Program-made: the position numbers and the translations under genes
The notes under the pieces: model-generated
What the model saw: the letters and a program-made list of their open reading frames with translations, nothing else
What the model was told of the DNA's origin: nothing
Database searches by the model: none
From: an uncultured Methanoregulaceae archaeon
GTDB taxonomy: Archaea; Halobacteriota; Methanomicrobia; Methanomicrobiales; Methanospirillaceae
Direction: 5' to 3'
NCBI GenBank assembly: GCA_963701095.1
Contig: OY969564.1
Coordinates: 1,056,001-1,120,000 of the forward strand
DNA: 64,000 nt
Shown: positions 12,132 to 20,031 of the stretch, one piece after another
How positions within the stretch are numbered: the stretch's first letter is position 1
How the letters are laid out: each line of letters opens with the position of its first letter

Positions 12132-12509
12132 TTACGATCTAGCCGGGAACATCCTTTTTAATATCCAGGTTTTTAATAAGGTGAATCTCGATTCACTGCG
12201 GTCCGGGTTTATTTTTTCCCGTTGAGGATTTCTTGTATCGTACTCGGTCTCACAGCAGAACTCCCTGAATATGGTTTCCATATCAGAATCTTTAACAACG
12301 CACACGAATTGTTGTGTTTTTCTGATGGCCTCACTTGCGATCTGATATTTCTGGCGATCAGGGGGGCGTGATATTTTAACGCCGGGAGAGGGTTCCCGGT
12401 TTTTAAAAACAGTTTCCCTGTTCAACGAAATGGTACCTGGATGAATATATCCTTCAAGCACGGGTATTTCTTTTTGACAATGAGGACAGATAATCGTTTC
12501 ACCAGACAT
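12132..12509 (-). CDS. Hypothetical protein with N-terminal CPHC
   Basis: 125-aa ORF with no competing overlap. Confidence 0.45.
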   Translation of the reverse strand: MSGETIICPHCQKEIPVLEGYIHPGTISLNRETVFKNREPSPGVKISRPPDRQKYQIASEAIRKTQQFVCVVKDSDMETIFREFCCETEYDTRNPQREKINPDRSESRFTLLKTWILKRMFPARS

Positions 12510-12825
12510 AAATTCATCCCTCTTATATCACTTCATTTATTTCTGCAGGAATTTTTCTGTGGTTCTTCCGGCTGGAATCGTGAATCGTGATGTAGATATA
12601 CAACTATAATCGTTTCAAATTAATATACATTTTTGTTAATTGTGATTTATACTTAACTATAATCAATTATTGAGATAAACAAGGAACCAATAGAAAAAAG
12701 CCTCAAATTATACCCGTATTGGTCAGACCGGGTTCTATTTTACCAGATCGGGAACAGAATCGTCCCGGGAGTTATTAGGATCCGATAGAAGGAGCGAAAT
12801 GTATCATCTCTGGGTTACTCTTGCA

Positions 12826-13128
12826 TTACTTTGGATCGATCTTCTGACTGGATAACATTTCCAGCATCACATCTTTCATCAGGATTCTCGTGAGATCACG
12901 CCCCTCCTCAGATGACATGTAGTCTTTAAACTGTTCTTTGAACTGTTCCCTGTCAGGGTGATCATCGACGAAGGATGCTAAAGCTTGAGTGATGCAGTCG
13001 GAGATCGTTGTAAATTTTTTTTCCTCATAAACGAGTTTATGAATCTTTTTATAAATACTAGGGGGCATTTTGTAGGAGATTGACACACGCTCTCCACGAC
13101 TTCCGGGTTCCTTTTCCACCATTACCAT
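12826..13128 (-). CDS. CopG/ribbon-helix-helix transcriptional regulator
   Basis: VSISYKMPPSIYKKIHKLV...TISDCITQAL RHH pattern. Confidence 0.7.
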   Translation of the reverse strand: MVMVEKEPGSRGERVSISYKMPPSIYKKIHKLVYEEKKFTTISDCITQALASFVDDHPDREQFKEQFKDYMSSEEGRDLTRILMKDVMLEMLSSQKIDPK

Positions 13129-13229
13129 AGTTTTTGTTTAATTAATATAAAAATGCAATTAATAACAATAAATAATCTTTAAGTATTACAATAGTATTAT
13201 TTATATTTTAAAAAAAAAAGACTTTTTCT

Positions 13230-13907
13230 TTAAAGGTTTGGATTCACGTCGATACTTTCATCGGGCTTGAGGATTTTTACGGTGAGATCTGTTGTTCTTT
13301 CAAGAGCGGTCTTAAAAGCCACAGGATCTGCTGCGATCTTATCCCAGGTATTGTAGTGAACCGGTACCACAATCTTTGCCCCAACAAACTGTGCTGCGAT
13401 CATGGCTTCGTCGGGACCCATGGTATATCTCCCGCCTATAGGAAGAAAAGCGACATCAGGATGGTAGAGATCGCCGATGAGTTTCATATCGGAGAAAAGG
13501 GCAGTATCTCCTGCATGATACACGCATATCCCATCCATCCGCACAACAAAACCTGCTGCCGTACCCGGGTTTGCTGTTGTGCCTGCATCATCAATCCTCG
13601 ATGAATGGATTGCCGGGGTCATAGTGATAGTGACGCCATTGACTGTGATCGTCCCACCGATATTCATGCCTTCGGCTGGGACGCCTTTTGCCGTGAGGTA
13701 CTGGGCTATTTCCCCGGTGGTAACGGTCATTTTTTTAAGCGCAACCGTTTCACCCAGATGGTCAGCGTGGCCGTGAGTGACAAGAATAAGATCGGGATCA
13801 CTCGAGGAAACACTTCCGTCTGGAATAAAAGGATCGATCAGGACTTTTTGGGTTCCGGTGAGAAGAACGCAGGCATGGCCAAGCCAGGTAAGGTGCATAG
13901 TAACCAT
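13230..13907 (-). CDS. UPF0173 metal-dependent hydrolase (metallo-beta-lactamase fold)
   Basis: WLGHA, THGHADH, YHAGDT, PVHYNTW motifs. Confidence 0.9.
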   Translation of the reverse strand: MVTMHLTWLGHACVLLTGTQKVLIDPFIPDGSVSSSDPDLILVTHGHADHLGETVALKKMTVTTGEIAQYLTAKGVPAEGMNIGGTITVNGVTITMTPAIHSSRIDDAGTTANPGTAAGFVVRMDGICVYHAGDTALFSDMKLIGDLYHPDVAFLPIGGRYTMGPDEAMIAAQFVGAKIVVPVHYNTWDKIAADPVAFKTALERTTDLTVKILKPDESIDVNPNL

Positions 13908-13941
13908 CCATTCTGTCAGGTCTTATAAGGAATGCCAGTCA

Positions 13942-14190
13942 TTAGGGGAAGAACCGCGAGAGGAAGATCAACACCGGAGAACAGACAACGATATGATGGT
14001 TGAGTACATCGATGAACTGCTGGTAGTAGAACAGATATTCCCGTGTGTTCTGGGATTCTTCAAGTTTTTTGATCAGCTGGAGCAGGTCTTTTTTCCGTTC
14101 GCCATCCGGAATTTCTTCACCAATCAAATGGGATGCTCCGGAAAAATCATTGATCGTCACTTTCTTATCGCCACGAGTACCGGGAACCAT
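13942..14190 (-). CDS. Small hypothetical protein
   Basis: 82-aa ORF co-oriented with downstream hydrolase. Confidence 0.4.
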   Translation of the reverse strand: MVPGTRGDKKVTINDFSGASHLIGEEIPDGERKKDLLQLIKKLEESQNTREYLFYYQQFIDVLNHHIVVCSPVLIFLSRFFP

Positions 14191-14260
14191 GATTTTACTG
14201 AAACCGAATCCTATTAATTTCTTATCAAAAAATCCGAATAAAGTCTCAGCGAGAAACAGA

Positions 14261-14344
14261 TGCGAAGGATGGGATTCGAACTCAGGAACTCCTGCTGGAT
14301 TGGGCCCTCAACCTAACGTCTTTGATCTGGCTTAGCCACCATTT
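14261..14344 (-). pseudogene. Decayed tRNA-Leu(GAG)
   Basis: Reverse complement reads ..TGGTGGCTAAGCCAGATCAAAGACGTTAGG-TTGAGGG-CCCAATCCAGCAGGAGTTCCTGAGTTCGAATCCCATCCTTCGCA: long variable arm, GTTCGAATCC T-loop, Leu-type 3' end; 5' acceptor strand lost and stems mismatched. Confidence 0.75.
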
Positions 14345-14443
14345 TTTTTCTTACCGGAATATAGCCTGCAAACCTTGATCAAGACCCCAAAAATGCAATA
14401 AAATAACTCCCTCGTTGGTTTGGCAGAATGGGTGAAGAAACAA

Positions 14444-14830
14444 TTATAGCATATATTCACGGCCTGTATCTGTCAATGAGTAATAGATCCAGTTCCCCCG
14501 GTACTCTCCCTCGATAAGGCCCCCTTCCTTGAGAACCGCGAGATGATATGAAAGCTTAGAATCGGCAATCTGCATAAAACGGTTAATGACGCAGACGCAA
14601 AGTGGCTGGTCCTGGAGAAGATAGAGAATCTTAAGGCGGAGTGGATCGGAAAGGGCATGGTATCTCCGGCTCTTTTCAACAAGTTTCTCTTTGTCCGGAA
14701 TCTTTCTGGAGAGAACGTCCATACCCCCCAGGTTTTCAATAGCTTCAAGTCCCACATCAGGTTTTGTCACCGCCATGTTTCCGGATCCGGGTTGTAACAC
14801 ATTGCAACAGGAACGTTTGGATGATGTCAT
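14444..14830 (-). CDS. arsR: ArsR/SmtB-family regulator, divergent from hgcA
   Basis: ALSDPLRLKIL...LCVC...LSYHLAVLKEGGLI...WIYYSLT. Confidence 0.9.
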   Translation of the reverse strand: MTSSKRSCCNVLQPGSGNMAVTKPDVGLEAIENLGGMDVLSRKIPDKEKLVEKSRRYHALSDPLRLKILYLLQDQPLCVCVINRFMQIADSKLSYHLAVLKEGGLIEGEYRGNWIYYSLTDTGREYML

Positions 14831-14849
14831 TTCAAAATATTATGAAATG
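14828..14849. promoter_or_regulatory. Palindromic operator 1, CATTTCA-N8-TGAAATG
   Basis: Perfect 7-bp inverted repeat overlapping the arsR start. Confidence 0.65.
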
Positions 14850-14881
14850 CCAAAGTATATACGCTTCTCCTGCGGATAATG

Positions 14882-14901
14882 TTTCAACAAAAATTGAAAT
14901 G
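14882..14901. promoter_or_regulatory. Palindromic operator 2, TTTCAA-N6-TTGAAA(TG)
   Basis: Second copy of the same motif between a TATA-like box (AAGTATATA ~14853-14861) and the hgcA start. Confidence 0.65.
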
Positions 14902-14917
14902 CTATTGAGAAACGATA

Positions 14918-15994
14918 ATGACAGACGCAACATCCCCAGAAAATACCCGGCAATCCTGCTGTGAGGGGGACAGGAAAAAGTCCTCTTGCCGTTGTTTTGT
15001 AAATACAGATTCTGAAGCGATCATCCGCACCACTACGGATTTTATTACCTTCGAAAACCGGTGGGATCATTTCCTCGCCCGGTGCGGCATAAACCGATCA
15101 GGCCATATCGTTGCCCCGGGCTTGTACCGTCTTGGTAATCCGACCACAGATTCACCGGTCTTCGCATCCGCGAACTACACACTGAGTTTTGATGCTCTTC
15201 GGGAAGCGATTGCCGGCATCGATGCGTATATTCTTGTGCTGGACACGAAAGGTATTAACGTCTGGTGTGCCGCGGGGAAGGGCACGTTCGGAACCGATGA
15301 ACTAATCCACCGCATTGGGGTTACCGGGCTTTCCAAGATCGTTTCACATCGCAAGATTATTCTTCCCCAGCTCGGCGCCCCCGGAATCTCTGCACATGAG
15401 GTATCAGGACAGTCCGGTTTTATGGTTGAGTACGGTCCGGTTCGTGCTAAAGACGTGCCAGCGTACCTTGCCACGCATGTGGCAACCCGGGATATGCGAA
15501 CGGTTAGATTCACCCTTGCCGACCGGCTCGTTCTCACACCAGTAGAACTGGCACACGTGCTCCTTCCTTTGATAGCAGCTACGGTAGCGCTCTATTTCCT
15601 TGCCGGTTTCGTGGCTTCGCTGGGTGCGGTAACCGCAGTCCTTGCAGGAACAGTCCTCTTCCCGGCGCTCCTTCCCATAATCCCAACCAGGGATTTTTCT
15701 ACAAAAGGATTCATCCTTGGCATAATTGTCGCACTTCCGTTCTCGGTATTCTTTGCTCTTGTCAAAGGAATGTCCGGTGTCGCACAGATATTCACAGGAC
15801 TTATACCACTCCTTATCATCCCGCCAGTAACTGCTTACCTTGCCCTTAACTTTACGGGATCGTCCACGTTTACATCACGTACTGGCGTGAAAAAGGAGAT
15901 CTTCCGGTACGTGCCGGTTATGGTACTCATGATAAGCATGGGAATAGTCCTTGCAATTGCGCTTGGTATGTTCCGTGTCCTCGGAGGGGTCTGA
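14918..15994 (+). CDS. hgcA: Mercury methylation corrinoid protein HgcA
   Basis: Diagnostic cap-helix motif NVWCAAGK, plus ANYTLSFD and C-terminal TM helices with LNFTGSSTFTS. Confidence 0.96.
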   Translation: MTDATSPENTRQSCCEGDRKKSSCRCFVNTDSEAIIRTTTDFITFENRWDHFLARCGINRSGHIVAPGLYRLGNPTTDSPVFASANYTLSFDALREAIAGIDAYILVLDTKGINVWCAAGKGTFGTDELIHRIGVTGLSKIVSHRKIILPQLGAPGISAHEVSGQSGFMVEYGPVRAKDVPAYLATHVATRDMRTVRFTLADRLVLTPVELAHVLLPLIAATVALYFLAGFVASLGAVTAVLAGTVLFPALLPIIPTRDFSTKGFILGIIVALPFSVFFALVKGMSGVAQIFTGLIPLLIIPPVTAYLALNFTGSSTFTSRTGVKKEIFRYVPVMVLMISMGIVLAIALGMFRVLGGV

Positions 15995-16332
15995 TGTTTG
16001 ACTCTTATCTGGAGAATACGCTCCGTTATTTCCCGGAAAAATGTATCAATTGCCGGCGATGTACTCAGGTTTGCCCTCATGGCGTGTTTGCCGAAGGAAA
16101 AGACCGGGCGAAACTTGTCCGGCTTTCGGGATGCATGGAATGCGGTGCGTGTGCAGGAAACTGCCCGGTACAGGCCATCGAGGTACAGAGCGGCGTTGGG
16201 TGCGCCTGGGCTATGATCAATGCAGCCCTCCGGGGAAAGGATATGGATAGTTGTGAATGCAGCTGCGGAGGATCTGAGAGTTCCTGTTGTGGTGGTGAGA
16301 CGAAAGAAGATCCGTATTCAAAGGGCCCGTAA
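15994..16332 (+). CDS. hgcB: Mercury methylation ferredoxin HgcB
   Basis: Two CxxCxxCxxxCP motifs including CMECGAC, GVGCA, C-terminal CC; TGATG stop/start overlap with hgcA. Confidence 0.95.
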   Translation: MFDSYLENTLRYFPEKCINCRRCTQVCPHGVFAEGKDRAKLVRLSGCMECGACAGNCPVQAIEVQSGVGCAWAMINAALRGKDMDSCECSCGGSESSCCGGETKEDPYSKGP

Positions 16333-16424
16333 ACGTAAACATTGTGGCTGAAAACGAAATGGTACAACGGAAACAGTGATAATGCATGCAGCCCATCGCT
16401 GCGATAGAGAGTACAGGTGGCACA

Positions 16425-17281
16425 ATGAAAAAGAAGATCCTGTTTATCTGCACCCATAACGCCATCCGGTCCCAGATGGCAGAAGGGTATATGAGAGCAA
16501 AATACGGTGACCGCTACGAGGTATTCAGTGGCGGGGTAGAAAAAGGACAGGTTCATCCGAAGGCAATAGCCGTTATGAAAGAGATCGGGATCGATATCTC
16601 CGGCCAACGGTCAAAACTCATTGATGAGTTCTATGGGACAGGAATTGATACGGTTGTCACCGTCTGCGACTCTGCAAAGGCTGCCTGTCCGTTCTTCCCG
16701 GGGCAAAAGAAGAGATTCACCAGGGTTTTTCGGACCCTTCTGCATTCACCGGAACGGAGGAGGAAATCTGGGCCGGGTTCCGCCGCGTAAGAGATGAGAT
16801 CATCCGGTGGATCGATTCGACCTTCGGCAATGCTCCGGAATTAGTGAAGACAGAGTTGTCACAGCAGGAGAGTGCAAATGCACCGCACGTCCAGGATCTT
16901 TTGGTTGAACTAACGGAAGCCACGTGGGAGGATACTGTTGAAAAACAAACGAAGCCTGTCGCAGTTATGTTCTATTCTCCAACGTGTCCTTTCTGCCGGC
17001 AGATTGAGCCATACGTCGTAACCTATGCCAAAGAATTTCATGAGACGATTCTGTTCGGTCATCTGAATGTTTTAACAAATGCATCGATTATCGAGCGATA
17101 TGGGATCAGGCAGACACCGACATTTAAATTTTTTTGCGGGGGAAAACCTGTCATTGAAATGGTCGGTGCCATCTATCCAGCTATGCTTAAGAAAATGCTC
17201 GAAGCAGTACGGGATCATCGCAACGAATGCACCTCAAATTCTACGGCAATTGAGTTCGAGAAACTGGTTACTGGCACATGA
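16425..17281 (+). CDS. arsC: Thioredoxin-coupled (LMW-PTP-type) arsenate reductase, apparently fused to a thioredoxin domain (frameshift at ~16700)
   Basis: CTHNAIRS P-loop and VCDSAKAACP; after a +1 correction in the G run the frame continues DPSAFTG...FRRVRDEI into the CPFC thioredoxin ORF without a stop. Confidence 0.8.
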
Positions 17282-17421
17282 ACAGAACAAACAAGAAAAA
17301 TGCGAGGGATCAGATTCGCTCATCGAAGAGCCAGCCACTCTCATGCATGTACTGATACCCGAAAATAGACACGGTCACATATACCAATCGAAAAAATAGA
17401 TCTTCTTAATGATACGTTCTT

Positions 17422-18042
17422 TTATGTTACATCTATCATTTCGGCTTCGGTTATATCGATGGATTCACCCAGGTTATCTGCCGTTGCACTCCGGGTCATC
17501 TGCTCGGAGAGGTCACGGTCTTCCATTACATCCCTGATACGGGTAATATAGGGGTCGATGGTGGGATCTTCCTGTTCCTCGATTACATGCCGGTATTCCC
17601 GCAGTGTGGAAGGACTGACTCCTAATACATCAGAAACTTCCTTCATGGTCTTTCCTGACGCAACCAGTTCTTCCATTTTCGTTTTATCAAACGGCATCCT
17701 GAAATCAAGGTCGCGGAAAAGCTTGAGCCTGACGCGTGCCCGGGCAACGGTCTTGCTGAGTTTCTCATCGCCGAGCTCGCGGGCGATCTCCGTATCGTTT
17801 TTCCCTGCGTAAAACGAAGTGACCAGTTTTGCCAGCTGGATCGGTTTAAGCGACGTCTTGAAAATTCCCTGTTCAATAATCTCCCGCATTACCAGTGCAA
17901 CTTCACGTTCAATCGCATCGCTATCCCTGAGGGTGCCATGAATGTTTTTCATCGGTTCGACAATCTTTGTCTTACCCGACATGGTGCTGAAAAGTTCCAG
18001 CAGCTGTGTTTTTCGTTTGTCTTCCGTCATTGCATACCCCAT
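17422..18042 (-). CDS. Conserved archaeal double-HTH protein (resembles haloarchaeal conditioned-medium-induced protein 4)
   Basis: FYAGKNDTEIARELG...TVARAR and LGVSPSTLREYR HTH motifs. Confidence 0.65.
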   Translation of the reverse strand: MGYAMTEDKRKTQLLELFSTMSGKTKIVEPMKNIHGTLRDSDAIEREVALVMREIIEQGIFKTSLKPIQLAKLVTSFYAGKNDTEIARELGDEKLSKTVARARVRLKLFRDLDFRMPFDKTKMEELVASGKTMKEVSDVLGVSPSTLREYRHVIEEQEDPTIDPYITRIRDVMEDRDLSEQMTRSATADNLGESIDITEAEMIDVT

Positions 18043-18298
18043 CTTGGGATTAGGATATACAATACGTCGTCAACTATTTAATCCTATCTTTACACTTCTT
18101 TTGACCAGAAGCCTTTTATTTAAGGCTGGATCGGATTTGCAAACCTTATAAAACAATGCAAAAAATGTTACCAGCAGTAATATCCAACCCTCATGGTTTT
18201 CCCTGCCCGGAGTTAGGACATACAACAATAGAACCGGACGCGAGCCTTTTTGTCGGGAGTCGTGTAACTGTATAAGAGACAAGTACCAGGGATCCTGC

Positions 18299-20016
18299 AT
18301 GAGTGACGTTTTTGAAAATGTGATGGATCTGGCCAAACGCCGGGGTTTTATCTGGCCCACATCCGAATGTTACGGTGCGGTGGCCGGTTTTATTGATTAC
18401 GGTCCGCTTGGCGCGATGATGAAGCGGAGGATCGAGAATATCTGGCGGCATTTTTACGTTGTCCAGGAAGGTTATTACGAAATTGAGTGCCCGACGATAG
18501 CGCAGGAAGCCGTTTTTATCGCTTCCGGGCATGTAAAAGGGTTCTCCGACAAGATGTGCCAGTGCCCTCACTGCAAAGAGTACCCTGAGAGCCGATCACG
18601 TGGCTGACGGTGGGGGCGTGAGCGGGGCTGCGACCATGGACAATGCGACGCTCGCCGCCGCAATTGCAGGATGTAAATGTCCTGCCTGCGACGAAGTGCT
18701 TGGTTGTGTCGACGTCTACAACTTCAACCTGATGTTTTCGACTACGATTGGCCCCGGTTCCCAGAGAGTCGGTTACCTGCGTCCCGAGACTGCCCAGGGA
18801 ATGTTTGTGGACTTTTCCCGGTTACTCAGATTTTACCGGGATAAGCTCCCCTTTGGTGCAGTGCAGATAGGAAAATCCTACCGGAACGAGATTTCACCCC
18901 GGCAGGGTATGATCCGGCTTCGTGAATTCACCCAGGCAGAAGCCGAGATTTTCGTCCACCCTCTCGAGAAAAACCATCACCCGGCATTTGCAAGATACGC
19001 GAATTACCGTATGCCTCTCCTGACCTACACGCACCAGCACAAATGCGAACCGGCCGTAGAAATGACCATGCGGGAAGCGGTAGATGCCAATGTGATCGCA
19101 AACGAATATGTTGCCTACTACGTCGCTCTCACCCACGAACTGCTCGTTACGGTCGGTATCCGGCAACGGCTCCGGTTCCGCCAGCACCTCCCTGATGAAC
19201 GGGCACACTATGCAACTGACTGCTGGGACGCTGAGGTATATTCGGAACGATTTGGCTGGGTCGAGACCGTAGGGATTGCCGACCGGACTGATTATGATCT
19301 GAATGCCCATGCAGCACAAAGCAAAACGTCAATGAGCGTTTTCATCCAGTACGATACCCCCAAGAAAGTCCAGCGCCGGAGAATCATCCCGAACATGGGC
19401 GTGCTTGGTAAACAGTACCGGCAGAAAGCTAAAGCTTATCTTTACCGCCCTTGAAACCGCGACACCGACCGCAGAAGGTGCGGACGTAACCGTCGATGGC
19501 GAGACAATTCATATCCCGGCGGACCTCTTTGAAGTCCGTGATGAGGTTGTCGACGTCAGGGGCGAGGAGATTGTCCCTCACGTGATCGAGCCCTCGTATG
19601 GTATCGACCGGATGTGCTATGCCGTGCTCGAGCAGGCCTACGCTGAGGATACAGCCGACGGCGAGAAACGCGTCGTACTCAGGCTCACGCCCAAGGTCGC
19701 ACCCGTCCAGGTAGCCGTATTCCCGCTAATGGCACGCGATGGTCTTGATACCCTGTCCGGGGAAATCACCTCCAACCTCCAGAAACAGGGTATCCTCGCA
19801 GAATATGACGATTCCGGGGCGATTGGCCGCCGCTACCGCCGGCAGGATGAGATCGGCACACCGTTTGCGGTTACGGTAGATTACGAGACCAAAGAAACAG
19901 GCACTGTAACCCTGAGGGACCGGGACAGTATGAAACAGGTGAGACTGAACACCGGTGACCTCCAGCAGATTATCCCTGCACTTATTGAAGGAAGCATGCA
20001 CTTTGCGGCCCTGTAA
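18299..20016 (+). CDS. glyS: Glycyl-tRNA synthetase (alpha2 type), 2 frameshifts
   Basis: DYGPLG, YLRPETAQG, RNEISPRQGMIRLREFTQAE, VIEPSYGIDR, IGRRYRRQDEIGTP across three ORFs. Confidence 0.95.
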
Positions 20017-20031
20017 CCGGATACATAATCC

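Noticed and set aside
12602..12664. Direct repeat AACTATAATC x2 in an AT-rich intergenic region
   Set aside because: Only two 10-mers in very AT-rich DNA; could be a regulator site but not distinguishable from chance
14918..15994. CO dehydrogenase/acetyl-CoA synthase corrinoid subunit
   Set aside because: NVWCAAGK motif, TM domain and adjacent hgcB identify HgcA
5703..20016. Programmed frameshifting or true pseudogenisation of metG and glyS
   Set aside because: Essential genes with intact motifs; similar single-base indels are scattered through unrelated genes, so sequencing error is more parsimonious
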